DNA from: Salisapilia sapeloensis CBS 127946
Taxonomy: Eukaryota > Protista > Oomycota
DNA: 56,634 nucleotides
Direction of reading: 5' to 3'
NCBI GenBank assembly: GCA_023334545.1
Contig: JAADVB010000111.1
Coordinates: forward strand, 1-56,634
The translations under genes and the position numbers were made by a program. The notes under the pieces were generated by a model. That model did no database searches, was not told where the DNA came from, and saw only the letters and a list, made by a program, of their open reading frames with translations. Positions 43,101-52,286 of the stretch are shown piece after piece (the stretch's first letter is position 1; every line of letters begins with the position of its first letter).

Positions 43101-46100
43101 GCATTCGAATCTTCTTCTTCGCACGCCGTTTGACGCATCGACGGTGCTAGTTTAGCTGCACCGTTGCGAGTAGTACTTCGTGATGACCGCTGCTTTAGCA
43201 CATTACCTACATCTTGTCTACCAAAGCTTCTAAGCTGCATCCATAATGCTGTCTCGCTTAAAGCTTTATTCACAGCCTGGTCATATTGATTCTGGAAGAC
43301 GTCGAGCTTTTGAAGCATGTACTTGGCTTTACATTTCAGCATTACCGCTTCTGGCGTAGCAAACAAAGAGGATGATTTATTCCTGCTAGCAAAAGTGCCT
43401 TTTGACCCTCCTCGAATAACGGACATGGCGGACGCAAATTTCTTAGTACCGAGGCGTTGAGGTTGTTCCTTTTTAGGGCGTGCCGTATTTACAGTTTTGG
43501 AATCTGCCGTGGGTTCTCCAATAACGGGGACAAGCATGTTTTGTGTTGCCAAGTGTCGCATCGCTTTACAAGCAACAGCTATACAGCGTTCACGGTACCG
43601 ATGCAGTCGATTACGTAACCACTGATAGATCGAATGCAATGCATCCCGATGCTTCTGCACTTCACCAAAATCGCCTGTGGACACAGTCCACAGTTCGTTC
43701 CAATCCTGTTTGGAAACATGAAGCACCTCACAAGGTTGAATTGCCTTCACTGTCGCTAGACGACGATGAGACGGAAGAAAGAAAGCCACTTCTCCAAATA
43801 CACAGCCCTCAAGTAGCACAGCAACATTTGTGGTCGATTCACTCCAGAATACGGCGGCAGCACCCTTCCGAAGGATACATAGTTGGCGACCTTGAGCCTC
43901 CTCTGTCAAAATACTGTCCCCAGCTACAAACAGCTCAGACCGGAGCTTCAAAGCCAAGTTATCAATCTGGGAGTATGACAGATACTGAGCGATCGGCATC
44001 TTCATCAACGAGGTGCCGTAGATTTCTTTTGCAAATTGTAATCGCAGATTCGTATTCAATTCTTTTAAAATGTCTTCCATCTGATGTCCATGCGAATGTG
44101 CAAAGTCCATCTTTAAATAGGCTCCCACACGGCCTCGAATTGTCGTGGACAACCCGTTCTCCTTTGCAAAATGCTCGAAATTGACAATCCGATCCTTATA
44201 TTCTTTTTCCTCTCGGTTTAAATTAATAACCAAATCCGAGAACTCACCGATGATGTAACCCATGAAAAACGTACAACAAATGCACGTGAGTGTCGCCCAT
44301 AATGTACCGAGCGTATCCCTCGGTACAATATCCTTTGAACCCACAAGTGTCAGTGTTGTCATAGCCCAGTAAATGGATCTCATGTACAGCCATAGAACAG
44401 AAAATTTGTTTTCTAGTATGAACGTATCTTGGTTCATCCAGCAATTGCTTCGATTCGAGCACTCTTGCTCTGAAATCCAGTAGAAGACACAACCGGTAAA
44501 ATGAGCTCCGAGAAGAAAAAATATGAGGAGTTTAACCGGACTCAGATATGGTGCTACACTACGTGATGGAAACCGTTGCTGAATTTGAACAATGACTTCA
44601 TCTAGCTGCGTCCAAAGAACCCTACAACGAACAAGTCGTGTTAGACGACAGATCTCTGCTGCTCGCACGTTATTGTAAAATATCCAATTAATTGGAACTA
44701 TCCCAAGGAGGTCTAGCTTGAATTCTTTGCTTTTGAAATAGCACCGGTTCATTTCCTCTCTAGTAATAAGGTTGTCCATACCGACTTCCTCACCGCAGCC
44801 AAAGTAAAACAATTTTAAATAAATATCTGTCGTAAATGCAACGTCAGATGCAATCGACAATGAGAGCAACAGCAGTAACTCCTCACCCAAACCATTAACT
44901 GTTATAATAGACGCGAAAGAGATGCAGAAGATGATGGCCCAAGCGTTGTAAATGTTAAACAGAGTCAAAGCCATTGTCCAGAAGCTTTGGAAAGCTCGCT
45001 TCATGTCCCGCAGATCCCTTAAGCTCGGAGCATGTATGGTACCGATGGTATGTGAGCCTTGCTCGCGTTGAAAGAACAAAGTCGAAGTGGCGAGTGCATG
45101 CGGCTTTAGCTTCGCTTTCTCCAGATTCTTTTCAATATTTTTCAAAGTCATCATATCGTCATGCCATTCCTCGCCTGCAATCTCTTTCATGTCTCGTACG
45201 TCATCTGCGTACTTCCGTCGAATGTTTTCAAATAAATCTCTCGTCATAACCGAAGCACTGATAGGTGACATGGCAATTAACGTCACAGGACTCGGCAAGA
45301 GCAGTAAGAACTCACTTACACCGAAACAATCACCATCATGAAATGCACGCACTGGCGCTCTTCGTGGTTGGGAGAAAGCATCCACTTTTCCCCTCTTGAT
45401 AATGAAAAATTCGTGACAGAGACTTCCTTTCAAGTACATCGTTTCCCCGACTTGATACAACCGATTGCGGAATTTACCTGTCACCTCATTCAGAAACTCT
45501 ACACTAGCAGAGTCAAAGAGTGGAACTTGTCTAGCAGCTTTTGAATGCGATTGTGTAGAAATTTGATAGCAAAGCTGTTCTGGAAGATGAGACAGTAATT
45601 GAGACTCATATAACTCCGCGCGCTGCATGTATTTGCTATAGTAGAATCGACGAATGTCTGCTTGTAGCTTTTGCGAAATACCCCAATGCGCCATGCTACC
45701 ATTGAGTGTGTTTATTCGCTCCACATGCTCTCGCTGGCCGGATGTGAGATTGGAAATTGTCGTTGACATCGCACCGACGACACCAAAATTAATGACACCT
45801 CCAACAAATATCCATATTGCCGCAAATATCGTTTCCGATGTTGAATACGCAAGTATATCTCCATATCCTACACTTGTGAGTGCAACGACAGCCCAGTAGA
45901 TTGAGCGTAAGAAGGCAAAGCTCGCCGTATATGGTGATGCTGGATCTATATTCGGAAGCACATGACCAAGCTGCCCGTAGGAGTCAAAAAGTACCCAGGA
46001 GCAGTTGTGATACATCTTTGCCATTTCGAGACAATCATGACGATTGAGAGAATGAAGAGTGCCATAGTCGATGTTATGAGCGTCAATCCATGCTGCTTCA

Positions 46101-48505
46101 AACCAAAGACATGCTGCAAAGTGAATGGTAAGTGCTACCCCAAGGAACAGTGACACAATCCATTGGACACGAGAGCTTAGACTATATGTTTCAGCGACAT
46201 TTTCGGTCAAATCAAAGAAGTGCCGGAATCGTATCAATCGAATTAGACGCAACATAGAGAAGTATTCTTTCCAAGGGACGTTGACCGTATCGATGATCCA
46301 AATTACTGGTAACGAGGCAAGCAGGTCCAAATAGAAACCTTGCGCTTTGTACGCTGCAAAGATCATTGCTGGATCTTCGACAATAATCATCACACGTTCC
46401 TCTAGGTAGCTGAAAACGCGAGATCGAAGGAATAAGTCGAGCAAAAAGAAGATTTCAGCACAGGTTGTTAATGCGTACCCTGCTCCATGAACACGAGCAC
46501 TAATAAAGGGCGACTCGGTGTTAAAGCTTGAAACGAAAATGATATTGTAAGGTACTTCGAAGGCGACATAGATGATTAGCACGAATCGTAATAGCTCCCA
46601 CCGTTCGCGAAAAGTGGACGTGGGGTGAAACCAAGGTGTAGCGGACGATTGTCGATTATTCCCCTCTTTCTTTCCTAGGTGGAAAATCGCAGCACGAAAT
46701 GAACTCCCTCTCCTGTTTTTATCCGATGTACCTAGTAATTTTTTCATCTTCCGCTGTTGTGCTTCGTGCTTTTCAAACACCGTTTTCATTTCTTCTAGGA
46801 CTTCCGCTTCATGCCCACGATAGAAAGACTTTAGCACATTATTAAATTTATTTTGATGCAGTGCGTAGAGTTCACAAAAGGATTTAGCAATGGCATACTC
46901 ATTCGAGTACTCGGTACCAAGGAGGGCTCCAGCAGAAAAGTAGTCTCCTTTCGTGCATTCTTTCGCCCCAAGGCTGTCGGAGATCACTTGAACAGAGCCA
47001 CGTGTAATAAAACACGCTCGAATATTAATATTCGGCTCTGCAATCACGTCGTTTGGCGTGTATACGTGATTTATCAGCTCGAGCACGAGTAAATTAATGA
47101 ACTCGACACTCTCTTTTGCTAGAAATGGAATTTGCTGCAAAGGAGTTGCCTTGAGGTAATACAAAATATGCGACTGAAAGTGCCTCGGGAGTTTATGCAA
47201 TGAAGCCTCACTGTCCAAACCTTGGTGTGTAACCCAGGTATAGCTAAAGTAAGCGGTAACTTTACGTCGGAGTGCACGTGGTAGGTTCTGGGACTTCATG
47301 TATGCACGTGCGTTGTCGACATGCGCTGTAAAGTCTACGTACGCAGCATTTCGGTGGCGAAAGATGAACAGAAATGTTGCTATGATGATACTACTTACCA
47401 TAGACCCGACAAATTGGGCAAAGATAGCGAACAATGTTTCGGCATTTGATATTGGTGTAACGTCGTCATATCCTAACGATACAATCGTTCGTGCGGCCCA
47501 GTACATGGCTCGAGCATACTTCCGAAGGACGGTAGCATCCTGAAGGCGATCTCGAATCGCCCAACTAGATTCGTAATCTTCACCACACAAGGAAATGTCG
47601 ACACCGCACGATTCATGTGCTATCAGCATGTATCCACACGCACACCAGTGGCAAAGTATGAGGGCACTCGCGATGGCAAGAACTAACGTCGCGTTACCAG
47701 TCCTTGAGATGGTGTGGACCAAGTGTCGGTGTGCTAGTGTTTTTGAAAGTTGCCGAAGACAGCTTCGTAGGCGCCCGATACGAAGGAGCTTGTTTAATCG
47801 TAGAATGTGAACCGTCTTGTAAGTCGGCGTGAGTAAAGCAAATAGTTCAAGAGGTAACATGGCAATGACATCCAGACCGATGCGAAATTGACGTTGACCA
47901 GATCTCCTTTTCGTTTCTTGCAGCGACGTAAATGCAGAGCTTTGAGCCTCAGGTAGCGTTTCTGATGCAACAGAGGCTTTCAAATTCTGCACCGTCCACT
48001 TAGTGGCGTTTGACCGGTGTCGCCGAGAAATAGATGAGCTTCGCGAGGTTGGCGATGACGAGCCAGAGTGACGCTTTACTACATTCCACTTCGATTGCAC
48101 TGATATTTTACGATATATTGCTAGTCGTTGATGTGGTTCAAAGACGAAGACGGCAAAATCAATGAGTCCTACAATGTCTGCTAGTACATCAAGTGTCGTG
48201 AAAACTGTGAGCTCTGGTGACCAGTCTGAATTCGTGGCATGATGCGGGTCGTAGAAAAATCCTAGTCGCAACGGAACGCTTATTGCAATGTAGATGACTG
48301 AGAGCAATACTGCACCTCCACTCAAGACGGATCGAGTGGTAGGATCGACTCGTCGATACTGATCATACACTACCTTAACGATCACCTTCCATACTTTCCT
48401 ACCTTTAGACAAAGCCATTCCATCTACCTTTCCAGTAGCTGGAGCCGAAGCTGGAGGTTCATGGTCATCGGCAGCGGCAAAGACCTTCAACTTGGTGCGT
48501 TGCAT
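40151..48505 (-). CDS. Four-repeat (6TM + pore + C-linker + CNBD)x4 cyclic-nucleotide-gated-type cation channel, CNGK-like, ~2780 aa
   Basis: One intronless frame. Four S4-like segments (LRLNKLLRIGR, LRLIRLIRFR, CRLTRLVRCR, LRLNKLLYVAR), four pore loops (SLGYDD, SVGYGD, LVGSKD, MVYYGD) and four cNMP-binding-domain folds. First ATG at 48505. Confidence 0.9.
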   Translation of the reverse strand: MQRTKLKVFAAADDHEPPASAPATGKVDGMALSKGRKVWKVIVKVVYDQYRRVDPTTRSVLSGGAVLLSVIYIAISVPLRLGFFYDPHHATNSDWSPELTVFTTLDVLADIVGLIDFAVFVFEPHQRLAIYRKISVQSKWNVVKRHSGSSSPTSRSSSISRRHRSNATKWTVQNLKASVASETLPEAQSSAFTSLQETKRRSGQRQFRIGLDVIAMLPLELFALLTPTYKTVHILRLNKLLRIGRLRSCLRQLSKTLAHRHLVHTISRTGNATLVLAIASALILCHWCACGYMLIAHESCGVDISLCGEDYESSWAIRDRLQDATVLRKYARAMYWAARTIVSLGYDDVTPISNAETLFAIFAQFVGSMVSSIIIATFLFIFRHRNAAYVDFTAHVDNARAYMKSQNLPRALRRKVTAYFSYTWVTHQGLDSEASLHKLPRHFQSHILYYLKATPLQQIPFLAKESVEFINLLVLELINHVYTPNDVIAEPNINIRACFITRGSVQVISDSLGAKECTKGDYFSAGALLGTEYSNEYAIAKSFCELYALHQNKFNNVLKSFYRGHEAEVLEEMKTVFEKHEAQQRKMKKLLGTSDKNRRGSSFRAAIFHLGKKEGNNRQSSATPWFHPTSTFRERWELLRFVLIIYVAFEVPYNIIFVSSFNTESPFISARVHGAGYALTTCAEIFFLLDLFLRSRVFSYLEERVMIIVEDPAMIFAAYKAQGFYLDLLASLPVIWIIDTVNVPWKEYFSMLRLIRLIRFRHFFDLTENVAETYSLSSRVQWIVSLFLGVALTIHFAACLWFEAAWIDAHNIDYGTLHSLNRHDCLEMAKMYHNCSWVLFDSYGQLGHVLPNIDPASPYTASFAFLRSIYWAVVALTSVGYGDILAYSTSETIFAAIWIFVGGVINFGVVGAMSTTISNLTSGQREHVERINTLNGSMAHWGISQKLQADIRRFYYSKYMQRAELYESQLLSHLPEQLCYQISTQSHSKAARQVPLFDSASVEFLNEVTGKFRNRLYQVGETMYLKGSLCHEFFIIKRGKVDAFSQPRRAPVRAFHDGDCFGVSEFLLLLPSPVTLIAMSPISASVMTRDLFENIRRKYADDVRDMKEIAGEEWHDDMMTLKNIEKNLEKAKLKPHALATSTLFFQREQGSHTIGTIHAPSLRDLRDMKRAFQSFWTMALTLFNIYNAWAIIFCISFASIITVNGLGEELLLLLSLSIASDVAFTTDIYLKLFYFGCGEEVGMDNLITREEMNRCYFKSKEFKLDLLGIVPINWIFYNNVRAAEICRLTRLVRCRVLWTQLDEVIVQIQQRFPSRSVAPYLSPVKLLIFFLLGAHFTGCVFYWISEQECSNRSNCWMNQDTFILENKFSVLWLYMRSIYWAMTTLTLVGSKDIVPRDTLGTLWATLTCICCTFFMGYIIGEFSDLVINLNREEKEYKDRIVNFEHFAKENGLSTTIRGRVGAYLKMDFAHSHGHQMEDILKELNTNLRLQFAKEIYGTSLMKMPIAQYLSYSQIDNLALKLRSELFVAGDSILTEEAQGRQLCILRKGAAAVFWSESTTNVAVLLEGCVFGEVAFFLPSHRRLATVKAIQPCEVLHVSKQDWNELWTVSTGDFGEVQKHRDALHSIYQWLRNRLHRYRERCIAVACKAMRHLATQNMLVPVIGEPTADSKTVNTARPKKEQPQRLGTKKFASAMSVIRGGSKGTFASRNKSSSLFATPEAVMLKCKAKYMLQKLDVFQNQYDQAVNKALSETALWMQLRSFGRQDVGNVLKQRSSRSTTRNGAAKLAPSMRQTACEEEDSNADLYREMMSQVNPVSRYIRIHMTSQNLELLQKECWRRATYLAAVEFAVDKKLKEITDSMEAHNQQIAKVLAQKAPLRNGRRMSGLCQDSIQQLQASPVAHQRIISIDDSQALNRMSSIALVTNDLPPKDTLPTPRNMFSEATSVTNVLDSRKTNQDGANGTNELNSGSLEPFVQRRRSSLASLACQITRSRRQRLHRSKSLPLFDEKFFSLVKFDEEKHKRLANKVTGGLEAARHETVGINFEVLQQCQRPQFSKLLNLYHIYRNWRQKVGVSMSSKTSGHSTSRSQSRDSKRNLAVQQNLPDSKVLPVGDSKPLSKSGSARAMIKAQASKLHLLAKRKKSDRLLLGFQRMILNMSKMWEAFMLIISCYWVTGYPFRVCFDNDLQVRGSDALSPWIWCEYMMDLACFVDVGYKLHLHSNERHVQINTTPLLHRSSKYRRFIARVSSVIYPSFWYDLAALFPFDLAILAIYVPSAYERRYLSFLRLNKLLYVARIDSLSESLFQFFVYDVKLPITEATLRFIRSVIKYNVMIHLIACIWYAASDSAFKYYDKSWLSSSGLLILPPGFFTINLDVAGLRAVSLSRKYLRSLLVSYESVSMVYYGDITSLNVVETAVEMGFILVGIYVYGSLIGAQSEWLDIFMRQRASFEERIAAIQHYLVQHNVPDKMQQHIKNYYARIWNRQQGDEKLSATEFISPVLREDVVYTMRRTLAWRVTLFRSLEYYFLRSLLLKLHYVVCSDGEEIVAQGDVMRVMYFISSGRVIVRHEKSEQVKESGAHFGELPLLYGIPWQETCTALSVCDLFRLDHEDYEQLLQSYPNHRRMNKVDWIMPVAPSSPFVPTMRHAVDILMPHIKAGLSRRVDSLQNSPSSRRSSIDIATMVEDQIPHTYIYHSAMFLLSELNSLSVLEAKEIISSAKACAARYLLKDTDLSIPEDGTIEPGNTIIQTFCLLLDPSNFSKRLSGRSPRSIPRITSSGRSYGRMHG

Positions 48506-48700
48506 GGTCGTACAAGTAGCTTGTATTTTCGTCTTTACGGGTGAAGAAATGTAACGACGGAGGTGCAAGGAAGCTATAAATATTTCCTTGCATCAACCCC
48601 GAGCAAGTAGATCCTTTCGTCAAGCTCAATTTTCTCGGATGAAACGACTATGAACGCACGTAAAGATCCTGTCCGACAATGTGAAGACTATATTGCATTG

Positions 48701-49873
48701 CTAAAAGTCATCAAACACGTCAAACGCTGCTTTGTCTTCTCCAAAGAGCGCAGGTGTGTTATCTAGTGGTGAATCCGGGTACTCATCAAAATTATGATGA
48801 TCGCCGGGTCCAGAGACAGGAGGAATGAATGGCGCTGGCACCATCCGATGCAAGACGGCGTCCCAATCCACTTTCTTAAAGTATTTATGTTTCTTCACAT
48901 CCTCTGCGCCGCCACGAAGACACCCGAGTCGCTTGGTTCGATCGGACGCGAGAAGCTTTTTAATCAAATCCTTTGCGTGGCTATCGAAATGCTTTGGATA
49001 GTCCACTTTGCCATTTAAAATCTTTTGATAGATACCGAACGGGTTCTCGTCGTAAAAAGGAGGGTACCCAGCGAGCATCTCGAACAAGAGGATGCCAAGT
49101 GCCCACCAATCGACACTTTTGCCATGCCCACGACTTTGAATAATCTCCGGTGCGAGGTACTCGGGCGTCCCACAAAGTGTCCATGTCCGGTCTTCGACGA
49201 TTTTCGCGAACCCAAAGTCCGTGATTTTAATCGACCCGTCGGCTGTGATGAGCAGATTCTCTGGCTTGAGATCCCGATAGATGATGTGTTGGCTATGGAG
49301 GTACGAGATGGCAAGAATGAGCTGTGTGATGTAGTAACTCGCGACGGCGTCTGGAAACCTCCCTTGGCGTCTCAAATATGAGAACAACTCCCCGCCTTGG
49401 ACGTAATCCAACACCAAGTAAAGCTTCTTTTCGTCTTGGAACTGGCCTAAGAAGTCGACGATGAACGGATGCTGTATCTTGCTTAAAATCTCTACTTCGC
49501 ATTTGATATGATGCAACTGCTGCAATCGCAGTATCTCGCTCTTCTTGAGGATCTTGAGCGCATGAAAAGCGCCGGTCGCGCGAGACCGTACGAGCCGTAC
49601 ACGACCGAACGTGCCAGTGCCTACGTCATACAAAGCGTCAGCGCAATGCATCTTGAAACGTTGTGGTGTACAGGCTCACCGAGTGTCGCGAGGAGCTCAA
49701 AGTCGTCGAGCGAATACTTCATCCGCTGCTCCGATGCACCTGTGACAACGTCTGGTAAGGAGAGTACTTCTTTCGGTGGCTCCTATGATAGATAGAGTCT
49801 CAGATGAGACACGAGGGAGAGGGAAATGGCGTGTACGTACCTTGGTTTCTGGCATCGTCTTCCGTCCAAACAT
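48701..49873 (-). CDS. PKA-C: cAMP-dependent protein kinase catalytic subunit; complement(join(48701..49620,49680..49782,49841..49873))
   Basis: Introns 49783-49840 and 49621-49679 give MFGRKTMPETK|EPPK..DDFELLATLG|TGTFGRV. Motifs: YRDLKPEN, DFGFAK, RTWTLCGTPEYLAPE, VDWWALG, and a C-terminal FDDF hydrophobic motif typical of PKA. Confidence 0.93.
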
Positions 49874-50116
49874 CGTCTCGGTGTCGATTGTCCTCTAACG
49901 GAAAAAAAGAATGGTGGAAGACGCCTCGCCTCCACCTCGACAGACTCTACTACCTAGAAGCTAAAAGCTCGCGTCGGTTAGTCCGAAAGACCGTTCGATC
50001 TTTCTTCCTTCACCACCTAATTATAGAAGAAGTAGTCGAATCAGGTACGATGTACGAGGCTACATCGTCATTCAAAATTGTGCATGTTCATCTCTTTCTT
50101 ACGTCTGTTCTACGCG

Positions 50117-51688
50117 TCACACGTCAAACGTCGGACGGTGGTCTGTATCCAAACTCTGACCAAAACTACCTGCAGTCGATCGATTTTCGCCTACAGACGC
50201 CATCGACGCATTGAACGAGGACCCGGCACCAGTCGTACGGCCCATGGTATTCGAGAACTCGGGCTTGGACTCCGACACAGTCGATGACGATATGATAGAT
50301 AGTAATTCACGGTCCTCCTCTTCCTTCTCCTCCGTCTCGGCTTCACTTACATAGTACCTCGGGTGATGTTGCAATCCCGCAGATGAATCCGGCGCTTCAT
50401 TCACGGTAAACACACTCGTACCGCTCTCACGCTCTTCATCAATATCCACTTCCTGCATCGATCGATCCAACGTCTGACGAGGCTGACGAGTCGACACTTG
50501 CGACGAAGTAAACGCACTCAAGGTCGTGTCTCGAGTACCGCGCATGGCATTCCCATTGTACTCGGACGGCATCACTGAGCTCCAGCCGTGGCTCGATCCG
50601 CTCACAGAGAACTGTTCAGACGAGTCGATCGAGTCGTTACTGAGGTAATGCATCTGCTTCATATTCGCATGCGCATATTCACCTCCATGCGCCACGACTT
50701 CCGTGCTACCTTTGGCACTCGTCGTAGGCGTTGGTGCCATACCTGGATCATTGTACAGGATCGTCGAGTCATATCGCTGGATCGACTCTTGACCGGTCGA
50801 TATCGCATGTGGGTTCTCTCCTTCATTTCCACTCGTCTCGACAAACGTCGACATTTCCCTTCCTGTACCTTTGACGGCAAATCCTCTCACGTCCGGATCG
50901 TCCTCCTGATTCCGCTTCCTTCGACCGTTTAACACGAATAACGTGGCAATGACAGCGATACCAGCTACGACGCCTACGAGAGACAAGATGGAACCTGTGC
51001 CCATACTAAACGAATTCTTAGATGTCGTGGTACTCGTGAGAGAATCCACTTCTGTGCTTTTACTACTAGAACTAGATGATGTTGAGTCCTTGTCTTCCGG
51101 TACGTCGTCCGCTGGATTAATCGTCATGGGCGGTTTCGTCGATTGACTCGGCGCCGATGTCTCGCCTTCTGTCTTAATGTTCAGTTTATCCGCAATCGGT
51201 TTAAAGTCCACCGGGTCGATGTTGTGGCTCGAAGCATCCTCGTCCTTCGTATTATCATTATTGTCTTCCGGACTAGTCGCATCTGTAGACGAACTCGAGG
51301 TGGACATAGACGGTGTAGATGCATCAGTAGAACTAGAAGTCGTGGGATCAGTTGCCGCTGGCACACCTGGGTCGGGCGTAGGTGCTGCGTCGTCTATACC
51401 TGACGAAGCAGTCGACATGGACGGCGTCGCAGCAGCATCCTGACCCTCTGGAGGTGTCGTAGGAGCTGGTGCCTCTGTGTCGGCAGCAGACTCTGCTGGT
51501 GGTGCATCGTCTCCATTTGCTTCCACTGCCGGTGTATCCTCTCCCTCAGCATTGCTAGGTAGGATGAACGTGGATGGCGAGGACGGTAGTTTCGAGAAGG
51601 CTGTCCCGATGCTTGGCTTATTGTCCTGCGCATAGACAGTCGTAGCCCATAGCAGCAAGAGACCTGTACCTAGTAAACGTCGGAGCAT
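50117..51688 (-). CDS. Type I membrane mucin-like protein (signal peptide, S/T/P/D-rich ectodomain, one TM helix, S-rich cytoplasmic tail)
   Basis: ATG 51688 MLRRLLGTGLLLLWATTVYA; long low-complexity S/T/P tract; TM ILSLVGVVAGIAVIATLFVL followed by RRKR. Confidence 0.8.
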   Translation of the reverse strand: MLRRLLGTGLLLLWATTVYAQDNKPSIGTAFSKLPSSPSTFILPSNAEGEDTPAVEANGDDAPPAESAADTEAPAPTTPPEGQDAAATPSMSTASSGIDDAAPTPDPGVPAATDPTTSSSTDASTPSMSTSSSSTDATSPEDNNDNTKDEDASSHNIDPVDFKPIADKLNIKTEGETSAPSQSTKPPMTINPADDVPEDKDSTSSSSSSKSTEVDSLTSTTTSKNSFSMGTGSILSLVGVVAGIAVIATLFVLNGRRKRNQEDDPDVRGFAVKGTGREMSTFVETSGNEGENPHAISTGQESIQRYDSTILYNDPGMAPTPTTSAKGSTEVVAHGGEYAHANMKQMHYLSNDSIDSSEQFSVSGSSHGWSSVMPSEYNGNAMRGTRDTTLSAFTSSQVSTRQPRQTLDRSMQEVDIDEERESGTSVFTVNEAPDSSAGLQHHPRYYVSEAETEEKEEEDRELLSIISSSTVSESKPEFSNTMGRTTGAGSSFNASMASVGENRSTAGSFGQSLDTDHRPTFDV

Positions 51689-52286
51689 TGATTTGCCACA
51701 AGTATAGATGCCGTAGCAAATTGAAGACTGTTCGTACGCTCCGACGGCATCGGGCACTATCGATCGATGCTGGCTAACAATCGGACACCACGCTTACGCA
51801 GCACCATCTGGTCTTTTGACTAGGGTTTTGTATGTCACGCGTCAAATCAGGTGCCTTCAAGGATGCGTTCGCGCCATTTGACTGTCGAAAAGTATGGACA
51901 TAGAGAAACGAGAGCGTGAGTATTATTTGACGTCACGTGCATAGCAAGGGAATGGATATTAGCACATGGTTCATTAATAACCTACCAAGGTAGATGCGTC
52001 GGATTTGAGTTCGTTTCTCGAGTCAAAATATCTTTCCGTACTCGTCATGTCTAGCAATCTATAGGAGCGATTGATGTGAATAAGATGGAAGTCACTAGTG
52101 GGCGGTTGGTTGCAGTGCAAAGGTTCTATTCTTCTCGATGGTCGATACACGTTTCTTCGTTGACAACTAGAGAAATCACAGAGGCAGTGGTATGAGTCTG
52201 TCGTACACCTCCCGTCCAGCGTAACTCTGCACATGTCGACGACAGAAAAATCCCTTGCCACTTTCTGCTCTACGCGGTTACGCACG

